A DNA stretch of 64,000 nt, taken from NCBI RefSeq assembly GCF_006345805.1, contig NC_043015.1:12648001-12712000 (forward strand). Reading direction: 5' to 3'. The position numbers were made by a program, and so were the translations under genes. This stretch comes from Octopus sinensis (lineage: Eukaryota). Positions 43,022 through 57,829 of the stretch are shown here, in pieces; within the stretch, counting starts at the first letter, position 1; each line of letters opens with the position of its first letter. Under the pieces are notes generated by a model. The model was not told where the DNA came from. It did no database searches and was given only the letters and a program-made list of their open reading frames with translations.

Positions 43022-45795
43022 CTGAAATAGATAAATAATTTTATTATGTATAATAAGGGAAAAAATTAAGCAATTGGAAAAAAAAAAACACGAGAATTTA
43101 TCTAATTTTACCATTTTTTTTTTTATTAAATACTAAAATAAGCAGGATGGTTTTTGTTGAAGAAATTAGTTTTACAATAGAACAATTAGCTGTTAATCAT
43201 TTAAACCTAAATTTGCAATATAACTTGTGATTATGTCAACTAAGGTGAGCAGAGTTATGTAAGTAACTTTAATAGCATAATTGACTCATTAATTACCCTA
43301 CCAGACCTTTATTAACTCACCTGGAAAATACTCAGCAGTTTATTTACACCCAACATTTCTTAGTTACCAACTCATCTCTGCCAATTTTAGTTTTTAACTA
43401 GCTGACCCCTGTGCCATCAAAAATGAGGGCTAATTGTAGTATTTTATATATAAATAAGGTATAACATAAAGTACATAATAACCACAGATACAAACATTCA
43501 CATACTTCCCTTGTACACACACACACACATACTCAAACAGCATTAAAACACTGTTGATTTTCTTTTCAGTGTTGAACGTTCACCATCCCATTTCCATTGC
43601 ACGCATGCACACACACAAACATTCACATACCTCCCTTTACATACACTCACACAGAGTTGAAACGCTGATTTATTTTTTCACCTCTTCCTTTCTCCATTGC
43701 TATTACTTTCTCTCACTCTCACTACTTCTCCTTCACTGAATTACTATTTTCTTTCTTCTCCCTTCATTTATACTACTCTTTCTCCTACTTCTACTCTGAT
43801 TTTGAACAAATATATATATATATAAACACTATACTCATTATTATATTAGGAGATATATTCATTTCCCTCTCGTTTAACTCATTAGCATCTAGATTACTGT
43901 CAAACGTATTGCTTATTTGTTCACATTGTTTTGAATTGATCATGCATTATCTCATAGCTTTGAGATTTCAATGATTGCTTTATTTTTAGAATGACATTGT
44001 AGGATAGATGTGAGAGTTGAGATCTGGCTGGTTTGAATATAAAGCAGCTAGAATATTTGGACTGGATATGGCTGGTTTAACCAATATATTGAAGAAGCTG
44101 AATCACTCTTTGGGTAGCCTGTGAAGAAAAATCCACATCTTTGCTACAATTATCAACTGGAATGACTTTATTTAGTATACTCCTATAGAAAATTTTCAAC
44201 AGGCAAAGGCTTGGATGTATAGTTAAGAAGCTTGCTTCCCAACCATAAAGTCTTAAGTTCAATCCCACTGCATCGCACCTTGGCAAAGTGTTTTCTAACA
44301 TAGTCCCATGCCAGCCAAAGCCTTGCAAGTGGACTTGGTAGATTGCAACTGAAAGAGGCCTGTCATATATGTATATGTGTGTGTGTGTTTGTGTGTACTG
44401 TTGTCTTGACAACATGTGATGATTGTAAATGAGAATAATTGTCATACAATCCATATCTAGCATGATAAAATATTACCTTGCTAGGAAACAGGTGAAGACT
44501 GGAGACAGGAAAGACAACAAATTCTGTGTCTGACCCATGCAAGAATGGAAAACTGGATGTTAAATTATGATGATGATGATATATTCAATTTTCTCTTGCT
44601 AAGAAAAGTGTTATTTAATCCTTTAGCATTCAAACTGGCCATAAATGGCCTAAATATTCTATCTGTTTTATGTTCAAACCAGTAAGATCCAACCTCTCAT
44701 ACCTATCCTACAATGTACTTCTATAAGTAAGCAACTACATCATGAAAATCTCAAAGCTACAAGATAATGCAAGATTAATTCAAAACAATATCAATAAATA
44801 AGCATTACATTTGAGAGAGTGATCTGAATGCGAAAGGGTTAAGTGGTAAAAAAATTACGATAGAATATTTCAGGAGCATTGTAAATGGGATTATGTTTAT
44901 CTATTGTTGATAAGAGGGCAATAATAAGATGGCCAGCTGGCAGAATTGTTAGCACTCAGACAAAATGCTTAGTGGTTTTTCATCCATCTTCACGATCTGA
45001 GTTCAAATTCCACCAAGTTTGTCTTTGCCTTTTATCCTTTCAGGGTTAATAAAATAAGTAACAGTTGAACACTGGTGTCAATGTAATCAACTTGCCCCCT
45101 CCCCAAAATTTCAGGCCTTGTGCCTAGAATAGAAAGGATTGTTAAGAGGGCAATAGGAAGTTAGGATAAATGTTACTTAATAATTCTGAGTTCAAGTGTT
45201 GTCAGATTTGACTTTGCCTTCTATCACTAACAGATTGGTAATATAAGTACCAATAATATACTGCTGTTAAAGTAAACTACTATACGCATTTTCTCTAACA
45301 AGTAAAAATAATACATGAAGTCTATTAAAGAAATTAATAAGACACATATGTACTGGCACTCTAACGGCTACGACATCAAGGGTTCCAATTGATCTGATCA
45401 ACAGAACAGTCTGCTCCAGAAAATTAACATGCAAGTGGCTGAGCATTCCACAGACACATGCACATTGCATGTAGTTCTCAGGGAGATTCAGTGTGACAAG
45501 GCCAGCCCTTTGAAATACAGGTACTACTCATTTTTGAAAGCTCTGTTGACTGGAGCAATGTGAAATAAAGTGTATTGCTCAAGGACACAATGCATCACCT
45601 GGAATTGAACTCACGACCTTATGATTGTGAGCCGAATACCCTAACCACTAAACCACATGCCTTTATGTACCCTCTATGTGACACCTTGCAAAAGTGTCTT
45701 CTGCCATAGCCCTGGACCTACCAAAGCCTTGTGAGTGGGTTTGGTAGACAGAAATTGAAAGAAGCCTTTTGTATATATATATATATATGTATGTA

Positions 45796-45832
<37 letters not shown>

Positions 45833-47171
45833 GCATGTGCATGTGTGTGTGTGTGTGTGTGTTCATATTTCCTTGTCTATGTATGGCTTCTTTTCTTTGA
45901 TTGTAAAAAACAGATTCCCTAACAGTGTTATTTGCTTGGAGTCCACCACAAAAGCATGCCCAAGGCTTCTTGACATGCCTTGATGTGTTGTATGGATCTT
46001 TGTGAGCAAAATTTTCATTCCATTGGTGTCATTTGTTTCCTGTTCTCCTTGTAAACATGGCTGGGTTGTTGGTTGTTTAAAGACTGTGAGATTATTACCT
46101 CACTTGAACAACTGGAGGTTGGTAACAGGAAGGGCATCTGATTTTCAAAACAACTCCTCCAACATACTCTTGCCTGACCCAAGAAAAGTAGATGTTAAAA
46201 TGGTGATGAAGATGCAAATTTCAAATCCTAATGCAATGAAAGACTGACAATAAAATTTGAAAAATAAATTATCAATTTCTTTATATAAGCACAATGTCTT
46301 CTCTAATTTTCAATAGTTTATGCATATAAACATTTTATAAGAACATCTTTCTCAGCAACAAAATATGCACACACTGAATTCTTGATATGTAAGCTTGAAA
46401 TTTAAAGACAATTTTGCTGTATACTCTAAAAAGATCTTAAATATTTATATGCTAATTGCTCTTAATTGATCAAGATTAAATATCTATATATTGATATTTA
46501 ATCTTGAATGTACCACATAGTGATTAATGATGTACTAAATTTATTGAGTTATTGCCCTAAATTTTGTAACCCTGTATCTATTTCTTCTGTTTTCTAGTTG
46601 TGTAATACATAAGTATACATGCATTACTTTGAAGATTGGTCAGGAGATAAATCTTGTAGGAGACACAAAAGTTGATTAAATCTGACTTTAATATATTACT
46701 TGAATTCATAATGTCTTTCTTTTGTGCCTGGGGAAAGTCATTCTCTTTTTCTGCTTTATAACTTAACACATTCACCGGTAAAATTTCCACTTATTTCTTG
46801 ACTCAAGACTATTGAAAAGGTTGCAAGATGCAACGAAAATTTTAGGAAAATAAAAATAAGAAATAAGTGGAAATTTTACTGGTGGGTGTGTTAAATTATA
46901 AGACACAAAAAGAAAATGACTCTCCCCAGACACAACAGAATATGATTCAACACACGAACTCATATAAAGAATCTTGCAAACCAAATCCCAAAACGAAATA
47001 ATGCCTTTCTTATCTCACCAGAAGGGATGAAAAATACAGTAAAACTTGGCTTAAGGATACTGAATGACTAAATAACAAGATTACACTAAAGCATCCAGTG
47101 TAGCATTTTACTGACTTTATATTTTTCAACTTCCTTAATATGGGCTGAACTAAATCATTAATGATATTTAC

Positions 47172-47381
47172 GTTTATCTTCTGTGTAGATATTGTCCTGA
47201 CATCTCCCATAGCTCATGAGAAAAACCTGATTATCAACATAGGCTGAACCAGGTTCTTGGCAAGCTTTAATTATATTCTTCGGTGAACTGCAAATACCAC
47301 CAGCACCTTCTTCTTTTTCATAAGTGAAATGGTACATTCCTTCAAATGTAGTTTTGCAACTAACCTTTTTGGGTTTTAATA
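47172..47381 (-). CDS. Cys-rich protein exon D
   Basis: 210 nt, phase 1-1; LKPKKVSCKTTFEGMYHFTYE..GICSSP..KACQEPGS..YGRCQD. Confidence 0.85.
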
Positions 47382-48768
47382 CTGTCAAAAATAAGTTAAA
47401 AATAAGTTTAAAATTTTAAATGATAAAAAGACACTCACAAAGAAATGAAAAGTTTTCTTATTTCATTGTATCTAAATTTCAATAATTTTAGTTATTCTGC
47501 ATAATGTCATATATCTACAAATTCATTTATAATATCACAAGATTTTATTTGAAAAAGAGATAAATATATGCCGTGTGTCAGAAACTCAATAAGTGACTAC
47601 AATCCAAAGATTGTCTGTCTGCGGTCCTTGTTGTGACTTGACAGACAGTACAAACCTCCGGTAAACACAATATTTTCAATCAACAACATCATGGTACTGG
47701 ACACTGTGCGACATCTTTTGATGTACTTTTGTTAGTAGTAGTAGGAAGTGACAACCAGATCTCATGAGTTTCTGCTTACATTGTAAGTAGCTTAGCAATA
47801 TCTCAGTGACCATGGCCTCTCAAAATCTTTTGTTCACTGAGGCACTACTCAAAAACTGGAAGAGAATAGAATATGGGACTATAATGCATCAATTGATAGG
47901 GAAGTCTCCCAAGGTGTTACGCATGGCAGAAGGTCTTCTCTAGAAAACTTCATTCTATCTATATGTTCTGACAAACTGGAATAAATTATGAAATGTGGAG
48001 CACAAATGTAGCTGTATGTAGGAGACACAACAGTGCTAGCATGAATATGTAACACCATTGGATGATAGATGTTTGTGTGCTGAGAATGTCAGGTACTCGT
48101 GACACAAAATACCTAATAAAGTCTTTAAAAGAAATAGTGAGCTCACATCTGTGAATAGTGAATGCCACAAACAGTGGCAATCAGCTGTATAGTAGATCTA
48201 TCAAATCTATGCCAACATGGACAAATGGACATTAAAATGGTTATGACCACAATGAAAATATAACAGAAAATTTCACAAAATAAACTGGAAATTTTTAGGA
48301 TAGTTGATCATCATCATCAGCGTTTAGCATCCGCTTTCAATGCTGGCATGGGTTGGACGGTTCAACTGGGGTCTGGGAAGCCAGGAGGCTGCACCAGGCC
48401 CAGTCTGATCTGGCAATGTTTCTATGGCTGGATGCCCTTCCTAACGCCAACCTCTCCATGAGTGTAGTGGGTGCTTTTTACGTGCCAGACGAGGCTGGCA
48501 AACGGCCACGATCGGATGGTGCTTTTTACGTGCCACTGGCACGGAGGCCAGTCGGGGCGGCGCTGGCAACGGCCACATTCGGATGGTTCTCTTATTTGAT
48601 ATTTGATATTTTCTTAAATTTCACGTACAAGTTTTTTGATTCAACCAAAGCATATAATAAAAATATTTCAAAAGAAATAGGATAAACTAAAAATTTAAAT
48701 ACAGCTTTAAACAATAATCCTCATAAAGTGTGTTTTTAGAAGTATCAACAAAAAAGAATAAAACTTAC

Positions 48769-48858
48769 AGTACATAGTCGTTAACTGTGATGCTAATTGT
48801 GGCATTTTTATTTCACAGAAAGCACTATCTCCAATCTTAATAACTGAGGGAGTGCAAG
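48769..48858 (-). CDS. Cys-rich protein exon C
   Basis: 90 nt, phase 1-1; CTPSVIKIGDSAFCEIKMPQLASQLTTMY. Confidence 0.8.
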
Positions 48859-50588
48859 CTGAAAAAGAAAGACAGGATAAACTGTAGCAGTTAATTACTC
48901 CAAACCAGTAATAAATTTTCATATCAAAGCATTCTGAATCAGTATTAAACAATTGCTGACCAAGACTAAACTTCAATACTTAGCTATTCCAAACCAGAAA
49001 TAGACTTCAATATTATTATTCTAAATCATAAACAAACAGTTGTATTCTGATACTCAAAACCATAACTACACAGTTATATTCAGTTAAATGAACCCAAGAA
49101 CAAGATGTTGTATTCACTTACATCCAAATCACAACTACCTGGTAGTTGCTATTATGTGCCCCCCTCCCATCTCCACTGGTCAAGCATAAGTGGGCTATAG
49201 AACAGAGTAATTGTGATTCACTAATTCAGTACTCTAGCATGCTGGTATTCTAACAGGAATAGATGATGTGTGGGCATAAAACTTTTTCTCCGTTGTGCCC
49301 ATTCTCTTCCTTTATCAGCAGGCCATGACACAACAAAAGCTGTTAAGATGAACTCACCACATGTCTCTTCTGTTTATGAATGTATGTGCCTTTTTGTTAG
49401 TCTGAGTAGATTAGGAGGAATAGGCTCCTAAAATGTGACTGGGTTGGGTGGGAATATTTGAATGCTGTTATTCAACTCCATGTTGGTTTGGTGGAGTAGA
49501 ACTCCAATCAAATGAATCTAAATTATGATCATTCCATTTTTCTTTTAGGAATAGTGGACTCCAAATTACATTGTCCAATGATGGTAGGAATGCAGCTTGG
49601 GGAAGATTTAGTACTATTTCTAGCAGATCAAGCAACTATATAGCAGCTCCTTTCTTGGCTTCTTTATTAAATACCAGAAGGTATTCTTACTTAATGGGCT
49701 TGTTTATCAGCAATTTCCTCAACAATCAGTTTACCTTTACACATACAGCACATGTGTGTGTGTGTAAGTTAATACTAGAGCACCGCCTTTAGTCGAGCAA
49801 ATCGACCCCGGGACTTATTCTTTGTAAGCCCAGTACTTATTCTATCGGTCCCTTTTGCCGACTGCAGATTGCTTTGATAGTTGGAATTTTTCTGTTGGGT
49901 ACAACCCATAATTTTGTGATCTGATGATATAAGGGATGGTTCTATTGACAATGTTCTATCCGAGTTTCATAGGAGATAAAGATGTGGAATTTTCCTGTTC
50001 CTTGACCTAGTGGTGTAAGGTGCTGCCACTCTTAGAAAGTTTGTGATAAGCTTTATATAATTCTTGTTGATATTATCCAGTATGGATACTTGACATACAC
50101 TCTTTTTGGGGGAAGACAGAATCCCTTGAGTGAACAGATGGATTTTGACAAAGTTGGCTGTTAGATATAAATTTCTATTCTAACATGAGATCTGGAAAGC
50201 AATGTTGTCCAGGCAAAATAGCTGACTTTAACATGGTCTGCACTGTAAATAGCATTTTGTATTTATGTAAATATTGAATGTATTTTTACTCATAATTGTT
50301 TAGTACCACACCAGCCTGACTGAGTCAGCCTCTGATCAAATGCATCTAAGCCATGATCATGTCATGTTTCTTTCAGGAATAATGGATTACATTAACCAAT
50401 GTGTACTTTTTTAAAATAGTAAGTCGCAGTTTGGAGGACTTTCTCCAACCAAGAGGGAAATTTTAATCACGACTTTTTGCATATAGCGTTCACTACATCA
50501 CCCCTTAATTTATCCAAATTATGATGCTGGCCAGAATGTTAATACATTTTGTACCATAAAAGTTTAAAAGAGATTTTTAGCAACTTAC

Positions 50589-50653
50589 AGGTAACTTTGT
50601 ATTGAAGTATATTGACTGTTCTGTACATGACATATATACAGCTGTAACAATTC
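50589..50653 (-). CDS. Cys-rich protein exon B
   Basis: 65 nt, AG/GT, phase 2-1; NCYSCIYVMYRTVNILQYKVT. Confidence 0.8.
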
Positions 50654-52115
50654 CTATAAAATAAAACAATAGGATAGTGATTATAAGTACTTAAGAAAAA
50701 AATTGAATGATTTCAAAATATTTCAAGTGTATTGAATGAATTTGCTAACTATTGAAACACTGGTCCAAACAATAAAGTGCAATATTTTAAACCTTTCTGT
50801 GACTATATTCTTAATAAGAATATATTCAGCCTTTGTAATTTAATTCTCAGAATAATCAAGAATAATGAAACATTTGTGAAGTAACTTGCAGCTGGAATAT
50901 CTAGCAACATACCAAACACTAACTCACTATTTAGGAATCAAACCCAAATCACTGTATTCATAGTTAAGAAAAAAAAAACCATAACAGAAGCAGAATGCTG
51001 TCAAGAACTGATGACCTCAGCAAAGAACTGACCACTTGAGTCAATAGATCCAGCTGATGTTTAACTCATTAAATCCTGCTGTTGCTGCGAGGATGAGGTG
51101 AACTAGAAGGAAAGGGGAGCAATGCCAATGGCTGAGAGGCCCTACCGGAAAAGGAAGAGGGAAATAAGGGAAGTAGGACCAGCATGGGCCTCTTTTGTAT
51201 CAGGCAGTTATAGTGGATGAACATGAGTAGATGTGCGAGTTAGAAAGGGTATTAACAGTAGGTTCTAGTGGTAGGTCAGATGGGTAGAGCGCATCTCGGA
51301 TTAAACCCAGCTGGACAGCTGACAATGAGAGGTAGGCAAAACGTATTTTGTTCTTCACATTACAGTTCCCTCATACTACAAGCTATTGCAGCACTTGTAT
51401 ATCATCATCATCATTGTTGTTGTTTAACATCCCTCTGCCATGCTATATATATATATACTGTTGTGTCTGGGGTGAGTCATTCTCTTTTGGTGCCTTATAA
51501 TTTAACACACACACTGGTAAAATTTCCACTTATTTCTTTTTTATTTTCCTAAAATTTTCGTTGCATCTTGCAACCTTTTCAATAGTTTTGACTCTGTCCA
51601 TTACTCACACTGCATTTCTTTTTGTTTGTTTGTGTGCCTGAATGTGTGTGTGTGTGTGTGTGTGTGCCTATATAGGCATGCATGTATGTATGTATGTGTG
51701 TGCATATTTACGTGCGTACATTTGTATGTATTCTGCATATTCATGTGTTTGCATGTCTGCGTTTGTGTGTTTTTATGTATGTGCATGTGTGTTTGTATAT
51801 ATGTGGGTGTGTACCTGTCTCCTTGTGTGTGCATGTCTGAGTATGTGTGTGTTTTGCAACTATGTACCGTGTTTGTATGTATGGATGTGCATCACCATAT
51901 ATGTGGATGTGTGTCTCCATATGTGCGGATGTGTGAAGTAAAGTGTGTGTGTGTATATATGGTCATGTGTTTCAGTTTTCATTTGCATATGTGTGCTTGT
52001 TTGTAACTATCCATCTGTATGCTGATCTGTTTACTTTCATATTCATATGCTTACATACATGTGCATATACATATATATATTCATACACACACACACATAC
52101 ATCTACATATATATA

Positions 52116-52731
52116 GGATGTTTACCTTTTGACCTACAGATTTAAAAAATAATTTTTTGTAACTAAACACTTTCAAACTTTGGACATTGGTAGAATGTGT
52201 CAAATAAAACATCTTTTACTCTTAGCATTTTTGAGAAAAACTTATATTCACAAAGTTATTTCGTGTTAAAGTAGTCGTATTTCAGTAATTTCAACCAATC
52301 AATGACGTGTATTCAGCTGAATAAAATTACTGCTGTTGTTTGTCAACAAGAACTTCCAGCAGTGTACATTTCATTTGTCACTGTTATTTATGACATCCTT
52401 AATCCTAAAACCCTAACCCTAAAACCTTAAATCCAGTACAAAGGCACGAACGAGGTCATAAATAACAGTGACAAACGAAAAATACACCACCGATAGTTGT
52501 TGTTGACAAACAACGGCAGTAATTTTATTCAGCTGAATACACGTCATTGTTTGGTTGAAATTACCGAAATACAAAAACTTTAACATGAAATAACTTCGTA
52601 AATGTAAGTTTTTCTCAAAAATGCTAAGAGTAAAAGATGTTTTATATGACACATTCTACCAGTGTCTCAAGTTTGAAAGTGTTTAGTTACAAAAAATTAT
52701 TTTTTAAATCTGTAGGTCAAACGGTAAAGAT

Positions 52732-52733
<2 letters not shown>
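52116..52733. mobile_element. Foldback/MITE with about 279-bp terminal inverted repeats and telomere-like spacer
   Basis: Arms 52116-52394 and 52455-52733 are near reverse complements; TA flanks; spacer contains CCCTAA. Confidence 0.9.
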
Positions 52734-52786
<53 letters not shown>

Positions 52787-53145
52787 TAGCACTATGACCC
52801 GGCGTCGACGGGTCATAGTGCTAGTGCATGTATATACAGCTGCATGCGTGCGCACATACACACAAGTACTGTCCAAATCTCCAACCAATCACATACAGTT
52901 AGCTGGCATTCAATTGGCGCATCATGTTTCAGGCATTTTGATTGGGTTTTGGATAGAAAATTCACAAAAAAGTCACTTCTATTGATTTTTTAATGGCTTT
53001 GCGGGGTGACTGGGGAAATATAAAGATGTGCACGACCACCCTTGGATGGTTTTGAATGACCATAGAAAGTGCAAGCCCTCTAACTGAAAAATTGTGGATT
53101 TGTATAAAGGATACACACGCAGACATTTTGCCGTTTATATATATA

Positions 53146-53991
53146 CTAGCAGAATTGCCCGGCGTTGTTCGGGGCTGAATTGCTTGAAAGTACTGTTAAT
53201 GATTGCACTGAATTATGATGATTATTCAGGCAAATATTGATATAAGTTTACGGTGGGAGATAAGGACTTAACGATCAAACGTGTGCCATTGCATTGTTTT
53301 GGGGGAACCAAATTTCTGATGAGCATTATAGGGGCACCAACTTTAAGTTTGAGAAAGTGTGGTGGTAGTCCGGGGTGCTCAAAGGAACTGAGTACCTCTA
53401 TTGGATAGTTGATGACGTCCTCTGGGTCAGGAGTTGTATCGATAGACTGATATATATAGACTTCCCCAGGAATGAGTTTTAGCATTTCATCATTAATATG
53501 GTGAACAGTTTTATTCCTCGGGGCCAGTGTAGCCTTTTTGCCAATCCAATCCATATTCTGATAATTAGCTTGTAGATCTGGGAACACTGCATCTCTGAGA
53601 TCAGAAGGCGTCTTAACAATGGTACAAATGGAATCGATGGCAATATTACCATTTTCATCCCCTGGTATTTTGCCTTCGCCAAGTGCAAGGAGGGTGTGAG
53701 GAAATGCTGCTGATGTGATATTACGTCGCATATGAGCACGCATATTGGTGTGAAGTTTGAGAGTTACTTCCCTTTATTAAAAAAATATGCATTAAAATGG
53801 AAAAAAATGATGGTAAATTATTTGTAAAATCGTAGACTCATCGTAGACGCGCGCTAATACCCAGAAGGGGTCGATATGAATCACGACTATAAGATACCCG
53901 GTTTTGGTTAAACTGCATCGCAAAATGTGGGAGTAGTTAGGAATCTAAATCGGAGTAGACAGACACACAACCTTTCTTTTATATATAAAGA
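53146..53991 (-). mobile_element. Helitron deletion derivative carrying a Pif1-like helicase fragment
   Basis: Same termini as copies 1-3; ORF 53222-53743 has LAPRN..YPIEVL..GLPPH.LKLKVGAPIMLIRNL..CNGTRLIV. Confidence 0.9.
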
Positions 53992-55317
53992 TTTTCGTCC
54001 TAAAAAACTTTGTATGGATTGAATGGTTACCTCTATGGAAATATATACACGCACATTATACATACATGTGTGTATAGATGAATATATAAATACATTTAAA
54101 TATCTATATACACTTTTGGGAGATCTTTCTGTTTCTTAGAGATAACTTTAGATCTTATTTTCGTCCTAAAAATGTGAATGACTTGATACTATGGAAATAT
54201 ATACACACATGTTATACATACATGTGTGCATAGATGAATATGTAAATACATTTAAATATCTATATACACTTTTGGGCGATCTTTCTGCTACTTGGATATA
54301 CTTTAGATCTTATATTCGTCCTAAAAAACTTTGTATGAATTGAAAAAGAAAATGAATTGAAATTTTTAAGAAAGGAATTTGTTTACATACATGTGTGAAA
54401 TGGCAAATGTTTGTGCAGTTGTCCGAAATGGAACCAGGGTAAGTGTGTGGAACTGATGTATTATAATGAATAGTCCTTCTTGTTGTGAATATTAATTTGA
54501 TTAATATGAACTGAAAACCAGTGGTGTAGCATATAAGACCATAGGTGATCTTGTAGCAAAAAGGATGACCAGTCTGACTGGCTCATCCCTGTCACACACT
54601 CACACACATGCGCACACACATGCACCCTCACACACACACGTTAGCTTACAATTTTATTTATATATTTGCGTGTCTATGTGTGTAAAGAGGAAGTGGGAGT
54701 AATATGCAGAATGAAAGAGTGAAATGGTAAAATATTTAGTTTTCTCGAATTTTTTCTGAAATGGGGGTGAAATTGAAAGAAATTTTGTATGCCATGACCG
54801 AATGGAAGTACTTTGAAAAATCATAGGTAAACTCTAATTGAAGAAATTGTGTGAGGAGTAAATCGTTATGTATTTATTTGTTTCTGTTTGCTGTGTTTTT
54901 TTTTTTGAGTAGTGGTTTAAGGTACACTTGCAAAGAGAAAGTATGAGAAATTATGTTGATAGCATGAGTGAAGCAGTTCATCCGTTTTATATAAATACTT
55001 TCACTTTAATCGTTGCACACTTGCAAAGAGAAAGGAGGAGAAATTAGGGTGATAGCATAAGTGAAGCAGTTCGCTCCGTTTGTGTGTGTGTGTGTGCTGT
55101 AGCCCACACTAAGAAAAGCACTTCACTTACACACCACAATGTGAGTTTTCTCGAAATTTTGCTTAATTGGGGGTGAAATTTGAAAAACTGTACCTGGCAC
55201 GACCCGATGTATTCTACTCTTAAAAATGCTAGGTAAATTGTAATTGAAGAAATCCTATATTGTAGATTTCTATAAGAGACAAAGGGAGGCAGATAAAATC
55301 TGCCTTTTATAATAAGA
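53992..55317 (-). mobile_element. Helitron-like element with internal about 160-bp tandem repeat (53992-54345)
   Basis: TCTTATTATAAAAGG 5' end at 55317; unit starting ttcgtcctaaaaa repeated about 2.2 times. Confidence 0.5.
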
Positions 55318-55570
55318 TATATATATATATATATACACACACATACACCCACACATACATTCATCTGTCTACATAAAAGCCCACTAACTATTCTACTCTA
55401 TCTGTGTAAACTGTGGATATGGGCATATGATATCTACTATGTATATTTCTTATTTAACATTGGGGAAATTATAAGGCACCAAAAGAGAATGACTCTCCCC
55501 AGACACAACAGAATATGCTTCAACACACGAACTCATATAAAGAATCTTGCAAACCAAATTCAAAAACGAA

Positions 55571-55601
<31 letters not shown>

Positions 55602-55609
55602 TCTTTGTT

Positions 55610-56090
55610 GTTGTCCCCTTCCACAAGATGGCAGTAAAAATAAGGATCAGCAGTGATGCCATCAGACCTTCCTGTGGTAATGGAGATGTGATCACCTGGC
55701 TCCATTAAGATCAAGGTTGTGGCCCAACTGCAAAGCATCAAAGATGTAGCAGGTCTCATGGCTCTGTATCTGGAGGGAAACGCTTTGGCACTGTACCTTG
55801 AAAATGATGAAATGGACCAATTGGACACAGAGAAGATTGAGCTACACCTAAAGGAAGCCTTTATGGAAGGATTGTATGCGACATTCGCCAAGCTAGGAAA
55901 GGTCAGGTAGACAAGGGAACACCTGGACTTGTATGCAGCGGAGGTTTGGAGACTGGCCATGCTATCTGGTTTTACTAGTGAGGGATTAAAAAAAGGTGGC
56001 ATGGTTGGCTTTTGTAAATGGTTTCCCTGGTGACATATCAGTGTGGCTGCAATAACTTCCGGGCAGTTGCAAACAAGCATTTTTGAGGAC
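55610..56090 (+). mobile_element. LTR-retrotransposon gag-like remnant
   Basis: VVAQLQSIKDVAGLMALYLEGNALALYLE..IELHLKEAF; frameshifted. Confidence 0.5.
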
Positions 56091-57829
56091 AAACAATATA
56101 TGAGATTGTGATGATGACAGTGATCATCTACTACTAGCATGTACATCACTCATAGCTACTGTCCTTGTTGGGAAACAACAGCATCTACAGACTACTAAAC
56201 TGATTCGCTTATTTTAAATATATTCTTTCCTGTCATTTGCTGTAACAACAAATTGCTTTGTTAAGGATAAATATTTTATATTAGGAATTTCACACAAACT
56301 TCTTGTCCATTCATCTCTTAAATCAACCAAAGTATATCTTCATTACACTAGTGACATGACTATAGGAAACATTTTTTCATGTTCAGAATTGCTAAAGCAT
56401 TGAATAAACTATCCACATCAGTTGTTAGTTGTCAGGACACTACATCCTTGAAAACTTCCATGCTTCCTGAAATTCACCAACAGTACCCCTGATTCCCCCC
56501 CCCCTTTTTTTTTACTTATTCACTGTTCACTTCCTGTGTATATTCAATGTAATGTTCATGCAGTTTTGACTACTTTTTTTCTGATGAGTTACAGTGCATC
56601 TGAGCACTGTATAAAGTTAATTCATTATTATTGTTATCATTATATTTACTGCTATAACAAAATGCTTAGCGGTATTTCATCCATCGCTACGTTCTGAGTT
56701 CAAATTCCGCCATGGTTGACTTCACCTTTAATCCTTTCAGGGTTGATAAAATAAGCACCTGTTGAACTGGAAAAAGACATCTCAGGGGTGTCTGGATGTA
56801 TAGAGCATGCATCAATGATTTGGTAGGTAATCCATAGAGCTGGAACAAAGTAACGGGGTCTTAATGTCATTTGGCCTTCATCTGGCAAATACCTATGGAT
56901 CAGACCCACACAAAATGACTCAGCTGGTTCCTGAGGTATATCATACCTCAATCACCATCAAAGAATTGCTGAAAAAGTACTTCCGTGGCTTTGGACTGTG
57001 ATCCTTCACAAAAGATTTCCAGGGATTGATGCAATTGACTCATCCCCTCCTCCAAAATTGCTGCCCTTGTGGAAAAATTTGAAACCCTATGTTTACTGTT
57101 ATAAATTTAATAAAGGATAACTTCTTACATATTAAAATCTTAACTATCTTTCATGTTTATAATGTTATTTCTAGCTAAGATTTAAATATAAATTTGAACA
57201 CTTCAATTAAAATGATTTCAGTAAAGTTGATATTGAATAAGTTGAGCCAAAGTTCATTGTAAAAAAAAAAAAATATTTTTCATTCTGAAAAAGTGCAAGG
57301 TAGACATTAATATAAAAAATGCATTGAAAGACATTGATACAAAATAAAACATATTTCTTCTCTTTAAATAAAACAAAATGAGATGTTTCTTATTTAAAAT
57401 ATAAAAAAAAAAAACTGAATAAAATGTTTATTCTTATTCTGCATTGGATTGAATTAGATTACCTATATTCAGTTCACTGAAGGATGAAGGCCTCAGCATG
57501 TTCTACCTAAGCTAGTCAGAAGTAAGAGGACTGTTATAGAGCAGGGCTTAGCAAGATAGGTTTCTTTAATAGTTATAATTTATTGCTGTTTGATTCTTAC
57601 CATTTACATGGTCTTGGTACATTGGGCAGAGCTATAGTCAATTTCTTTATCAACCATGAGATTGAGAAAAAGAGGGAACGATACAAGGGTCAGGGTAACG
57701 AATGAGACGAAACGTATGAATAAACAAGCACTTAAAATATATACAATTAAATGAGAATGAGGGATTTACCAAAAATGAAGCGGAGGGTGCGGTCGACCCC
57801 ACAAACCACATACTCACACTGAAGACGTT

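Noticed and set aside
46773-46885. TTGAAAA-G-GTTGC/GCAAC-GAAA inside an inverted repeat (family also near 51455 and 55455)
   Set aside because: Stem II and the core look plausible but no NUH site or stem I can be formed; treated as a dispersed repeat.
56581-56615. CTGATGA followed by a hairpin
   Set aside because: It is the CR1 3' stem-loop (matches about 40445-40485) and lacks GAAA.
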